This document shows, piece after piece, positions 1-12,707 of a DNA stretch of 64,000 bases; the first letter of the stretch is position 1; each line of letters starts with the position of its first letter. The position numbers were made by a program, and so were the translations under genes. The notes under the pieces were generated by a model, which searched no databases, was not told the origin of the DNA, and saw only the letters and a program-made list of their open reading frames with translations. This DNA is from Lytechinus pictus (Eukaryota): assembly GCF_037042905.1 (NCBI RefSeq), contig NC_087246.1, positions 9,984,001 to 10,048,000 on the forward strand. Reading direction: 5' to 3'.

Positions 1-94
1 ACATTTCATTGGTTTACTAGGTGACTGGTGATATTACAACTCATGTATATTCATTAGGAAGACGTTCCTCATGAATATATAATTCAGCTCAGAT

Positions 95-195
95 GTCAAG
101 AGGCCCTGGCTCGCGCCAGGCCTAATTCGCTTCGCGAATTCGGAAATCCCTCGCTTCGCTCGGAAAGCAGCCGCCAGGGCCTCGACAAGAGGCTA
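95..195. mobile_element. Truncated copy of the TAG..CTA (Academ-like) MITE family seen at 19610
   Basis: Ends in cagggcctcgacaagaggcta. The body is the reverse complement of part of 19610-19762. Confidence 0.75.
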
Positions 196-1510
196 CCTTG
201 TCACAGACAATTACATTGCATATTTCTCATAGAACCCTAAAATACAAATGAAAAACAAAGAATAATCCCATTACTTCATATTTCATAACATATTTGATGT
301 ATCTGAAGTTTAAAAAGGGATAATCTGTAAATGGACTCAAGATGATTACCAGGTATATTTTCCTGTAATCTAGCTTAAGGCATATATCAATATTCATTTA
401 CTTATGATATCCCTTTTCACAGACACAATGGGGGATGTTCACACTATGAAAGCTTTAGTGTGAAAGGTCTCTCAGATGAAAAGCTGGTGAATACAGTGTA
501 TAAATAAATGTTTCTGAGGTAATTATTCTCCAATTATTGATGGAACTGTACACAAAACTCTTGATGTGTAGGGCCAAATTGGAGCAAACACTAGCTTAAT
601 TAATTTTCTGAAGGGCTATAGGCAACTCTGATGTTATCCAATCAGCTAATTTGAACCGATGCACAAAGAAAGCCGCACAATATTTGCTGTAACTTATAAA
701 ATGAGATGTGAGGATCCTTACCATTAATAAATCAAATGGAGTCTGTATAAACATAAGTCTAGATTTAACCATATGTTAGATGACAAACCTAATATAAATT
801 TGGTAATCCACTTTTAATAAGAATGCCAGAAACATTCGAACTTGATAAGTAAAAAAAAACAGGAGGCAAATATGTCTAGGACCTGGTTTGCAATCACAGA
901 GATTATGGGCAGTTGCCATTCTTGTGAAATAATGAATAGGATATATCGATCTGAATGTAAAAGAAACGTAAGATTGGAAATCACACACTTGGAAATTTAT
1001 GCTTTCCTACATTCTTTGAACTTCAGGTGCAAACGATGAAGCACTAGCCAGTCCACTCCAATGCATCCATGCAGGGGTGAGAAGTACAATAAATGCTTGT
1101 TAGGAAAAGATGCAAGCTTCCGAAGGGGAAAAAATGCATGGTCCAAGTAACAGTAGAAATAATGTATGTCACATGATCAGCTCTCAGCCAATCATCTAAT
1201 AGGATCCCTATATCCATTTTATGATAAGCAATATTGAAATACTGGTCCACTGGTGAACGTAAGTAATTCAATTTCATTAAATACAAAGCAGAGATATACA
1301 ACAAAGGTGGCTGGGAGTAGTTACCATAAACCCTATGGCTTAACAAGACAAACAAAATAGTGTTCAATCAAGAAATGAAATAATGAAATCTACAATAAGT
1401 TCATTAAAAACAAACTAACAAAAAAAAAATTCAACCAAATAAATTGAAAGGTTGTTGCCGTGAAACATTTGGAGAAATACCATTGAATGTCAAATGTCAT
1501 GTTTAGTTAA

Positions 1511-2038
1511 AGGGATGGTCCGGGCTGAAAATATTTATATCTTAATACATAAAGTAGAATTCACTGAGCAAAATGCCGAAAATTTAATCAAAATCGGATA
1601 ACAAATAATAAAGTTATTGAAGTTTAAAGTTTAGCAATAATTTGTGAAAACAATCGTCATGAATATTCATTAGGTGGGCTGATGATGTCACATCTCCACT
1701 TTCCGTTTTCTTATGTTATGACATAAAATCATATTTTTTTCATTATTTCATACTTGTGTGAATAATATGTCTCCCTTATAATGAAATAAGTTGCAGCAAT
1801 AAATATCTAATGCACTAAATCAGTTGTCGATCTAATTTTTCTAGTTCTTGGAGGAAAAAATTTGAATAAATAAACCTAATGAATATTCATGACGGCTGTT
1901 TTCACAAAATATTGCTAAACTTTAAAATTCAATAACTTTTTTATTTGTTATCCGATTTTGATGGAATTTTCGGCATTTTGCTCAGTGAATTCTACTCTAT
2001 TTATTAAGCTATAAATAATTTCAGCCCGGACCATCCCT
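1511..2038. mobile_element. Kolobok-type MITE (family A)
   Basis: TTAA|AGGGATGGTCCGGGCTGAAA...TTTCAGCCCGGACCATCCCT|TTAA, with long (>150 bp) imperfect TIRs. Confidence 0.85.
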
Positions 2039-3209
2039 TTAAGAAACACATTTTCTTAAATGATCGCATGTCATAACGGTCACATGGTAAAAATGGACCA
2101 AAACATAAAGCAGGCACTTTCACCCTCTTAAATTCAAAACAAAAAAAAGATTCGCCCTTGGTTTAACACAGCATGATTATGTAATTATCGGTCCAGTTTT
2201 CTAGAAACAGCAGTGTAAAAAGCAAACTTTATTCACATTTCTTTTTAACTCATCCTCTTGCACAAAAAGTGTGTAAAATTGGATGCAAGAGTTCATATTT
2301 TTAGTACCTTTTCTTAGATGTTTAGTTAATACACAAAATCTTTAAAAAATAAAACACTTGAGAAACTTACTTTCAATAAGTAAATATTTTCCATACCACC
2401 TCCTGAATTGGCAAATCCTACTTTGCCACATCCTACCAAATGTTATACATTCTACTGTTATTTTGTGGTATAAGCCTTCAGTTATTTTTGTGTGCATCAT
2501 GATATGCTATGTGCTTTGACATCACAATGGATGAACAGGTAATTAATTAGCTATAGGTATCAGCTGATTTTCCCTTGATCTGCATTCTCATGGCAGATCC
2601 AATGTGTTATTTTATCAAGCCAATTAGCTGAAAATGATAAATGGTTCCATTATTTTAAATACCTCTTACAATTTTAGAATACTTCACTCTGCACTGCTGC
2701 AAAGTACGAGGAATATGACCTGCCGTTTGAATAAATGGTAGAGTAGTTTGGAATTTTTCCTCACAGATACACAGCATTTGGCACATTTTGGGTGTTTTAA
2801 AAAGCACATTTGTTGGAACAAAATTGCCCATAGTAAAAAAAAACACGCACATGATCCCATTTTTAAAAACAATTCTTCAATACACCTTCCTCTACAACTT
2901 AGCAAATTTTGGTGAAAATGACATGGGGTCTGAAAATAGTTCAGCTTTTATTGTTCTTTGAAATTATTAAAATTTCAAATTTTAGAGATATGTTTTTGTG
3001 ATGGTTCCATTATTTTAAATACCTCTATAATTTTAGAATACTTTTTTTGGCACCATTTTAAATAATTGAAGGTGCTGCTAGTCTTAAAATTGCAAATGAA
3101 GAGCAATATGAATTGATTCTCCATCTTAAGTACACAATTCTGAACTAAATAGTAAAATTTGATGAAATTTACATGGACTTTGACTGAGTAATAGAGGTTT
3201 AAACTCAAT

Positions 3210-3486
3210 GGCCCCTATTCTGAAGACAGGTTTAACTTAAACTCAGGTTTAAAGTTGTGGTTTCAATTGTTACATAAATCACTAACAGTAGAGGTATCTT
3301 ATTCATCATTCATAATTGTCTAGGAAGTATAAAAGATGATTGTCTTCACCATCAATGAATCAGGAGAGAGCACAGTAAACATAAAAAAATACAACTTAAT
3401 AAAAATTTTGACACTTTTGGCTTCCCATAATTTTAGCACAAATTTAGACCATGGTCTAAGTTAAACCTGATTTCAGAATACAGGCC
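3210..3486. mobile_element. PIF/Harbinger-type MITE
   Basis: GGCCCCTATTCTGAA...TTCAGAATACAGGCC termini; 3-bp TSD AAT. Confidence 0.75.
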
Positions 3487-4167
3487 AATGTAGTAAGCTC
3501 AAGAGGTCTATAAAATGCCTAATTCCTTTAAATGTGCGATTCTTGATAACAAATTGGGTGAACTTCAAAGCTTGAAATAAGAAATATCAAACACATGGAC
3601 TCATGTTATTTTTTGCATATTAGGAATATTTAGGTGCTAAAGTTACTCTAGTGAAAATGACATGGATTTCATTTTTACAGTGGAAGCTCCTTAAATAATT
3701 TCTCACATTAGTAGCTCTAATGTTTAGCTTTAAAATGCGATCTTAACTTGGTGGATAAGACAAGGGGTTGCTGAACTACTTTTTTACTTGTCAACATTTA
3801 TAAAAATATAACTCTTTTGGATTTCCCACAGCTTGTGACATGCAACCGAACATATGCTCAGAATAGAAAGTATAGTAGTTTCATCAATCGCTTCTTTCCA
3901 GTGAGAAAGAAATTCTTGTTGGTGAGTCATCTGTGGATCCGACAAACGTTTTCACAGGACATCACTTAAAAGAGATACATGTATAAGTCAAAAGTGAATA
4001 TCAGATTGAAGAGTTTTTAGGTTAGTGCTATCAAACAATATTTAATATTTTATTTTTATTTTTGATTTGAGCATTATGGATACCATGTTTCTGGGAGGCA
4101 CAATGCATGGAAACAAACATCCAAAACCCAAATCTGATGGGGATTGGTTCATGATTGACCAAGATGT

Positions 4168-4381
4168 GACCCCATTTTTACAAAGATTTCAGTGTGACCT
4201 AGAGTTGCACTTAAAAGCTGATGCGTATATTATATGTAACACGCAATCTTATTGATTAATACGCAGTAGTGCGCGTCCTCTTGACATGATCTGACCAATT
4301 CGGTCATGCCTTTCATAATGCACGCAGCTAAGCATTTAAGTGCGACTCTATGTCATACTTAAATCTTTGTGAAATACCCCC
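4168..4381. mobile_element. Harbinger-type MITE
   Basis: ~45-bp imperfect TIRs (acaaagatttcagtgtgacctagagttgcacttaaa / tttaagtgcgactctatgtcatacttaaatctttgt). Confidence 0.65.
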
Positions 4382-6391
4382 TGGTCTCAAACCGTTATGA
4401 ACAAGGCCAATTTAAACTTAATGCAATGTGGTTACTTAGGTATACATGTAGCCATACCTTTCAATACCATGTCAAATTTGACATACTACATTTTTTCCAT
4501 CATGTTCTATTGACAATAAAAATGTTTTAAGGAGAAAAAAATGAATAAAATGAATTAGAATAATGATTGATATCTACATAGAGCAAAGTGAAAAAAAATA
4601 TATAAAGGAAAGAAAGCTAATGAGAGGATGATACATCAAAAGTAAATTACACAAATTCCAGCTTTCCATCAGCATTCTTTGAATTATGATATTCACTGTA
4701 TTATTTTCTGCAAAGATTTAAAAAAAATATTTGCTGGAAACCTAATCTCCTTGAAAATGATAGGAAACAAGGTTATATCTCTTCATTTTTTTTTATTAGA
4801 AGTTTACCACCAAACCAGAGTCCTAGATTACTCCTCATTATTTCCAGAAATAGACTGATTGCAATGTAGCCAATCTGCCACAAGGCAATTAGTGGTCCAC
4901 AGCACAATACTAAACTCATCAGATTTTTCTATACCTATCCATTATGATGATATGAACAATTATTTGATCATGTAAATGCCGCCCTGATGTCAATATGGCT
5001 GATGAACTTTTAACTGAATGGATAATTAGATTTTGTAATGATTGATGAAAAACTGACAAAAAAATCACTGAGCCGGGTCTGATATTTGAACTATAAAAAC
5101 TGTAGAAAACTGTGCAAATAAATATGATGTGGAGGGAAATTCTGACTAAATTTATGAAGTGTACAATCATACATGATAAACCACCTCATAAACAAACAAA
5201 CAGAAAACATGATATCTTAAAACACAGGTTTGATTTGAACAAAATTTCTGATAATGAAAATTCATAACAAGAGACCAACACTAAAGGTCTGAATTATAAG
5301 ACTAGTTTAATTTCCATCTTTGTACAACATCAACACGCCGCTGTTCCAAGTAAAAAACAGCACGAATGGCAGAAAAAACCCAAATAGGATGAATAGGATA
5401 CTATATCTTTGACGTGATGATGCCTGTCAGCACCATGAAGCAGACTCTTCAATTGACCATAATTACTGGATGATTGCACCATGTTGATGTGGTTTGCAGA
5501 AATACTCTTCATTTTACATATCAACTTGAGGACAGCATGATGAAGCGGTGTTTCCCATGATAATATCATTTTGGACTTATGGATTTCAACAAACACGGTA
5601 AGTTCAAAAGAGCTGTATGTTATATGAATTGATACAACGGGTAAAATATTTTGAGGCTTTTTTTCTTTTGTAATCATGATGACAATTTTTCCATGATCAT
5701 TCTTGTTACACATGATATCAATAATATTAATCAGTAATTGATAGTATCTTTAGAGTTTCAAAGTGTGTCTCCTTGCTATATAAAATTACTTTCTTAACCT
5801 TGTCTGGAATAAAAATCTAATGTAATATAATCAATACTGCAATATACAGGATGATACAAGCGATGTATATTTGGAGAAAAAAAAATAAAGTGAAAAAGAT
5901 ATAACAATCAACAATAGGCAGTTCCATACATAATATTTGGGAAAATATAATTCACTACTGTCATATAATGTATAGTCAGTATAGTACAAATGTTGATGTT
6001 TGATAGAAAAGCAATAATTTAAGGATATAATACATTCATATCTTCTGTAGATACAACCACTGATGAAACATACTGAACCCCCATGTGGTGTTACAAAAAT
6101 CTTGTAATCAATAACAAGAAGTAAAAATTGAGTTTCTAAAAGTTACAAATGATGTAAAAAATTGCGATTGATTGCAAAATTCATTAATATCATAGAGCTC
6201 TAATCTCTCTTTTCTGTAAAGAGCATTGATATACATGAAGAAATCTTGCTCGTTTGCTAATTCAATGGTAAGAGAAAAATAAAACCATGAATCTGTTGTA
6301 CAGGATATTATTCTGGGCTATGTTTTGTTGTATGGAGTATATTATAAAGCTTGTTCTCTTGCAATCCATTATTTTGCACTTTAGAATCATC

Positions 6392-6794
6392 AGACCTTTC
6401 ACATGCTCACTTGAAAACTGTAATTTGAATTTGAATTCCCAAGCGAAGGCGGTATGTGTCCTTGGTGACCTGTCACTCAACGCACTGTATTGCAAATACA
6501 AACTAAGACGAGTGCATGACAATTGTATTATCTACGGAAGAGCTGAAAGGTCACGTAAGCTCCGCCTCCCCATAAGATGTTTTAGAGGTCAAGCCTTTCA
6601 CACGCAATTTACGTAATCTACGGGAAACCGGAATTCACCTCCAGATTAGAAATTAGAATTTGTGATTGTGATTAGCGTATGTGATTCTAATCATGTTCTA
6701 GTTTGGTTTCACATGTGCTAAATATTCGTCATTAGCCTTATTTTCCACCGGAATCATCATTCAAATTACAATTTTTTTACTGTGTGAAAGGGCG
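6392..6794. mobile_element. Harbinger-type MITE (degenerate)
   Basis: cctttcaca...tgtaatttgaat versus attcaaattaca...tgtgaaagg inverted ends. Confidence 0.55.
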
Positions 6795-6935
6795 GTAAGA
6801 GTGCCACTTCCCTACGAGCCAATTTCACAACTGGCATCATTAATCCTTCATAATAATGCTCTCAACCATGGGCGGTTCCAGGGGGCAAGGTAGTCTTACC
6901 TTTCCTGACCCTTCTGAGGAGGGGGCGGTTCTATG

Positions 6936-7441
6936 GGTTACACTTCATAATTCCGAAGGTTCGTAATTCCGAAGGTTCTTTATTCCGAAGGTTCGTAATT
7001 TCGAAACACGTAAATTGCCTATACCTCGATGTTCGTTAATCCGAAAACGTAAAAGGGTTCGTTAATCCGAACATTTGTGGCGTTATTCCGAAGGTTCGTT
7101 ATTCCGAAAGTTTGATAACCCGAAAACGAAATAAGGTTTGATGTAACGAAGGTTCGTTAATCCAAAAACGAAATAAGGTTCGTTAATCATTTAGTTTTCG
7201 GACTAATGAACCTTCGGAATTACGAACCTCATTTCGTTTTCGGATTAACGAACCTTCCAAATTATGAACCTCACTTCGTTTTCGGACTAACGAACCTTCG
7301 GAATTACGAACCTCATTTTGTTTTCGGACTAACGAACCATCGGAATTACGGACCTTTGGAAATATGAACCTTCGGAATAACGAACCTTCGGAATATCCGA
7401 ACCTTCGGAATAACGAAGCTTCGGAATTACGAATGTATGCG
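6936..7441. mobile_element. Foldback (MULE-like) element made of inverted arrays of short tandem repeats
   Basis: Left arm has TTCCGAAGGTTCGT(A/T)A repeats and right arm has ACGAACCTTCGGAA repeats. Flanked by a 9-10 bp duplication GGTTCTATG(G) at 6927 and 7442. Confidence 0.8.
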
Positions 7442-7481
7442 GGTTCTATGGTAGCAATCTTTGAACATCTAGAATTTCTTT

Positions 7482-7590
7482 TGCCTGAGTGGTCTAACAC
7501 GATTGATTATATGCAATGAAGTCTGAGGTTCAATATCTGGTATGGCGCCTGTGCCCTTAAGCAAAACATTTTACCTACACTGCTCTTTTA
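7482..7590 (+). mobile_element. Degenerate tRNA-derived SINE fragment
   Basis: A-box-like gcctgagtggtctaa, B-box-like ggttcaat, then a gtgcccttaagcaa core. Confidence 0.45.
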
Positions 7591-8193
7591 ACATGCATCA
7601 AATAACTAAAAATGCTACTTGCTTTATTGATACTAATGTCTGCACATCTTTTTTTTAAAATCTGTTTGATTTTTTTCTGATTGGCACAAATTTTCTATAC
7701 CAATATCTTTGTAAGCAATTCTTTGGAGTCAAAATTTCTTAGGAAAAAGGCATTCTTGACATGACGAAAACCTTTCATTTGAAAACACTATACCCCAGAT
7801 TCCCTCAATCAATTCTCTACGACAAACCATAACTGCCCCAAGCAAGCAATTTAAGTATCAAAACACCTGTTTCTGGTCCGAAGATAACACAACAGCCCGA
7901 GCAAAGCATGCCGTCATTTTAATTCACTTACTTTCCTTATTTCGAGGTCGATTTTCTTCGTTCGAACTTGAAAATGGACTAACATTGGATTTCTGAATAC
8001 AATATGCATTTGAAAACGTGATTAAATATCGAATACAATAATTTCATTCCGAAGGTCCTACTACAGGCAGAGAAGTCTTACGTAATAGCACAGCTGTTGT
8101 TTATCATTTCATCCTTGGCTCAACGCTCATAATCTGGCCTGTGGAGGTAAAATTGAGACAGCGGGGATTACCTGGCCTAGCGGGATTGATCAG

Positions 8194-8353
8194 GCGGGTG
8201 TTTCATAAAGCTGTTCGTAAATAAAAAGCGACTGGTGATCCTGTCTTGCGGTAAATGGTACACACCATTGGCGAAGATCTAGCGCGCGAGAAAGGATCAC
8301 CAGTCGTTCTTAAAGTCGCTCTTAACTTACGAGCAGCTATATGAAACGGCCCC
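8194..8353. mobile_element. Harbinger-type MITE
   Basis: gtttcataaagctgttcgtaa / ttacgagcagctatatgaaac TIRs; CAG/CTG flanks. Confidence 0.7.
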
Positions 8354-8531
8354 CTGGGCTTGGAAATGATTTTGGGATTTACAAACGCAAAATGGGGTAT
8401 AGAACCGCAGTTTGCAATCTGAACTGCGGTCTTTCTCCAAACGGGGGTTTGACGTAATGGATACAGTTGCTGAGTGTAAATTCTATGCAGTTTTTCACCC
8501 TCTCAACATTTGATCAGAACCAGGGAGATCT

Positions 8532-8895
8532 GGTAAATAAAGAGGCTATAATAAGAGAAATCATAATTTGTAAACAAATTTTCAGCATTACTCCTCTGTG
8601 TTTAAGATCGCATGCTCGATCTGTAATGAAAATCATAAGTCAGAAAAAAAATGGGAACCAGTGGGATTCGAACCTGTCATCTACTGCTTTCCGGGCAGTG
8701 ACTTAACCACCAGGCTATTCTGGTTCACGGCCAAGTCACGATGAACTGGAATTCAAATACTCTTGATCCTCTTCTTTCTAACTCATTTTGCAAATGCAGT
8801 CCGCCGTGGTAATAGATAGTAAATAAAGAGGCTTTAATAGGAGAAATTATAATTTGTAAACAAATTTTCAGCATTACTCCTATGTGTTTAAGATC
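8532..8895 (-). mobile_element. tRNA-containing element with 77-bp terminal direct repeats and an 11-bp flanking duplication
   Basis: Direct repeats at 8533-8609 and 8819-8895; CAGGGAGATCT at 8521 and 8895; internal tRNA-like sequence. Confidence 0.7.
8654..8726 (-). tRNA. tRNA-like pseudogene (GGA anticodon) with Pol III terminator
   Basis: GAACCAG/CTGGTTC stem, A box TAGCCTGGTGG, ACTGC-CCGGAAA-GCAGT anticodon arm, B box GGTTCGAATCC, then a T-run. The T-stem and acceptor register are imperfect. Confidence 0.55.
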
Positions 8896-9183
8896 AGGGA
8901 GATCTCCCTGATCAAAATATCATTATGACTACATTCACATGACAAGTTATTCTTCAAGAATTCAATCCTAGACTAGGATAAGCCATAGTAAAGACACATG
9001 ATGACACACTTTGGGTTTATGTCCTGAAGAATTCCTTGGGGTTTAAATACTTAGGGTTGTGAATGCTCAAGAATTTTGTTAACCCTGATGGTCGTGTGTG
9101 TACATATAAACCTTCAATCACAGAATCGATGCATCTGTTCACAGACTTGCATTCAATTCTAACATGGAAAAAGTTCCTTCTCA

Positions 9184-9697
9184 AGGTGTGTTCAATGTCG
9201 ATTTTGAAATTTAAACAGCAACATGAATTATGATTGAAAACTCAATTCCAAAACACCGAACACAAACACAATCAGCGGGGCACCGTTCAGAGTCGAAAAT
9301 ATAAAGCCGTTTATTTGATGATCGTCTTTAATTTTCCCGCTTTCGTTAGCACAGCTTTATTGCTCAGTTGGACCCATCACAAGACAGGTCAGTTCTGGAA
9401 CCTGTTTGTGTAGGCTTCCACTGTGAGAGCAAATTTAAAGACGTTTCAAAACCATTTGTGTTCAATGTCGAATTCGCGATGCTCAAGGTAAGTTTGAGCT
9501 GATTGCGTTTACACACGCATCTTTTTCAACGTTTAAATTTTTTCTCCAAATCATGATTTGAAAAAAATTTACTTACAACCAGGAATGAAGGACAATTAAC
9601 AACCCTTTGTTCCTCATTTTATCCAAGTTTTGTAACCACGTTTTAAATCATGATTCATGTTGCCGTTTAAATTTGGAAACCGACATTGAACACACCC
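9184..9697. mobile_element. Harbinger-type MITE
   Basis: GGTGTGTTCAATGTCG...CGACATTGAACACACC; TSD TCA. Confidence 0.8.
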
Positions 9698-10563
9698 TCA
9701 GATCCCCCCTTTGCCCACCACATATGTTTGTTCACTCATTTGGCCTAGCCAGTCATTGAAATTCCAGACTAGAGTACAAAACTTGCAGATTGTTTGGGCT
9801 TTACTAGAAGCAGCATTAGGGGCAGAACAAAACTCACAATGTTTGGTGGCTTTTATAGTTATTATTAAAAAAATCTTTTTAAATACCCTAACTATTAAAA
9901 AAAGAACCTATTCATCTTCTTTAATACGCTTGGTGACATCCTTGGGTAAGGAGAACAAAAATTTTAAAAAGTACCTACATGTATGGAGCTATACGATTTA
10001 TCAGAGCTAGATATTAAGGGGGTGAAGATAATCAAATCTACAACAGTGCAGTGCCCTGTATATTCAAATTCAGATTCATATATTGGTCCATATTAAAAGC
10101 ATAGAAATTTGTCCTCTACTGGCAATACATTATATCGCAAATAAGATTTCACAAAGTTTGTATCAATATAAAATGAGGATGATTATTGAATCGAATTATA
10201 TTTTTTTGCATATTCTTCTTTGAAATCTACTCGCTCTTGGAAACTTGATTTTCTTGCACTAAGTGTACTCCCTTTTCTGATAAGGTTGATTTGATTTCCA
10301 GTTGTGGAAAACAATGTACAAGTATGTGAACTGCCAGTAATAAGTTTTAGATAGAGTCCAATAATTTGCTTAAAAAAACACAAGGATGTCTCTCTGACAA
10401 ACACATTGTCATTTGATACCCATGTCTTTTCTCAAAATAGCCTTAAATTGTGCGAGGTTAGGTACAGAATATTCACATATTCAGCACAATACCTCATTAT
10501 GACACTGTCTATCTAGGAGAATCTAATGGAGACCCTGTATCAATTGACACATATATGTATGAT

Positions 10564-10713
10564 TGTGCTAGTGCCCTTTGGTAAGGCATTAATCCTCAGT
10601 ACCAGGTCCTTCGGAGAGGACCTTAAGCCGTCGGTCCTCTGGTTGCTTGCTTACAAGCATTCATGCTTTCTTAGCAATCAGGTAAAAAATCACCACCAAT
10701 AACCAATAATAAT
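10564..10713 (+). mobile_element. 5'-truncated SINE (same family as 53061)
   Basis: Near-identical to 53129-53260; ends in an AAT/ACC-rich tail. Confidence 0.8.
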
Positions 10714-10764
10714 TCACAATGCAGGCAACCATACAAATGAGTATTACAATCAATCATTAAACCT

Positions 10765-10906
10765 TGGACCCGTTGCATAAAACTTTTGCCATAAAAAACT
10801 GTGGCAAATAAACAAAATAATGCCATTGAAAATTACACATTAAAAAAAACTTTGGAAAAAAATTTAGCAGAGTTTTATATGGCAGAAGTATTATGCAACG
10901 GGGCCC
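10765..10906. mobile_element. Small Harbinger-type MITE
   Basis: cccgttgcataaaactt / aagtattatgcaacggg TIRs. Confidence 0.6.
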
Positions 10907-11989
10907 CTTGTGTCACAGGGTCCTGGTCACTGCCAATATTTCCCTTCTTTCATGCTTAGTGATCAAATCTCATAAACAGGTGAACTGTCCTTGTCATCCA
11001 TCAACCCAGTGCCCTATCTAATACCTGGACTGCATTTTATGAAGCAATTTGTCAGTGACTTTAGTTGACAAAATTTGATATACAAGGTTTTAGTGTCCCA
11101 GGGACAATTTGCCCTTTTGCTCCTTTCTTCCTCTGGAAAATTAAATATAAGATCCTAATTCCCTTTTGTACTAGTTTGATTCATGAGCAGCAGCAAATCT
11201 AAAAAGGCATCTTGACAGAAATTTCACTGACAAACCAGATGTGAAGAATGTACTCCTTCATGCTGAGTGTTGAATGTAAACAACAACAATTCTATGTTTG
11301 GTGAGCCCAGAAAAACAAATTTTATTGAATGGAATATTTTATCAACTAAATTCACAATTAAATATCTAAAACATGGCAGAACTTTAACACTTAAAATCTA
11401 TTCATTTTCTGGTGGGGTTCACTACCTTTTGAGCACAACTGTACCATATAGAATTTTTATGTCACATGTGTTATAACTCTAGAATCAAGCTTTTTCTATG
11501 CTATCCTAATTTTGTTTTTTACATTTGAGATGCAAGGTGTTAACACTCCAGAACGAAATGTCAAATCCCTTTAACAGAAGCTGCCAAGTACATGTCAGTT
11601 AAAAAAAGCATTACAGGTTAGCCACTTCAGTGAATTTCTATTCCGGTTCTTATTGATCCTATCTAATTTGATATGCAGAATGCCTGACTAAAAGCAAAAT
11701 GGTCTCATTGAATCCTTGTGGCTTTGTAGGAATTGTACCAATAATCTGAACGATGCATTTTGTTCTTCCATAGTATAGGGGCCAACTTTCCTTTTATTGA
11801 TGATGCTATTTTAATCTGATCTTTAAATGTGGCCTTAAAAGTATAACATACCTCAGAACCCTAACAGTCATTTCATTCAATCATTTTTGCTCACCCTCCA
11901 TCTTCACATCTAATGCTGATTAACTTTTTGCAACTATTCTCCACTTCACAACCATATGATATAAAATTTCCAATATCGTTTAACTATTA

Positions 11990-12707
11990 TGCTTTATATG
12001 ACACCTAGATAGATCCTTGTCATTTGATTGGTTGTTTGATATCGATCATTCAGCCCATTTTACAATGACGTCATCAACCGTGTAATTTTGGACCCATTCA
12101 TCGTGCATCTTTGGATCCATACGATTTGTCCATTGCATGTGTGCACTGAGACTGCAAGCACTACAAGCAAAACCGCTTGAGTTTGCAGCGCGCATGCTGT
12201 ATGTACGCAACAATCAAAAGACCGAGTTCGCATATTTTGCATCAAAATTCATAAAATTCATATGAAAAAGAATCTTTTCTTAGGTGTCATATAAACCAAA
12301 TAATGAATAATAATAATAATATAGGTATATTGACCCAGGGTAGCCACTTTAGTTTCGAAAACTGTTCTACCAGTGGGCCCTGCTATTATTATTACCCCAG
12401 CTTTAGCTGAGCTGCCTAGGCGCTCAAGCATTCAAGGAATTTCTTCCTACCTTTTCTTCCAGGTGAGGTGAATGGAAATGAATGTTATTTCCAAAGACAC
12501 ATCACACATATTTATTCATCTTCCCTTCCTTTCTTTTTCTTTCTTTCTATATTCAATTCAAAGAATGGCAGAAACCTTTTTTTCTTCGGTGAATGATGAA
12601 ATGAATGATCCATTCAACTCAGCTACGCCTCGTTGAATGGATCATTTCATCTTTTACCTCATGAAGTATTCTGTCCATTGCACTCATAAACATTCATTAT
12701 TTGAATA
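11990..12707 (+). mobile_element. Crypton-like non-autonomous element with subterminal IR and 3' hairpin; interrupted by a SINE tail
   Basis: IR tttatatgacaccta (11993) / taggtgtcatataaa (12281). A 15-bp stem (12604-12618 / 12632-12646) encloses TCAGCTACGCCTC. Confidence 0.6.
12300..12451 (-). mobile_element. SINE/LINE 3' end
   Basis: (TTA)n tail on the minus strand followed by a GC-richer body, inserted in the previous element. Confidence 0.5.

Noticed and set aside
5330..5713. 127-aa minus-strand ORF
   Set aside because: No motifs or convincing splice signals; likely a chance ORF.
6947..7437. CRISPR-like repeat array and ORF 7183..7500
   Set aside because: There are no unique spacers and no cas genes. 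The arrays are inverted and TSD-flanked in eukaryotic DNA, and the ORF is a repeat artefact.
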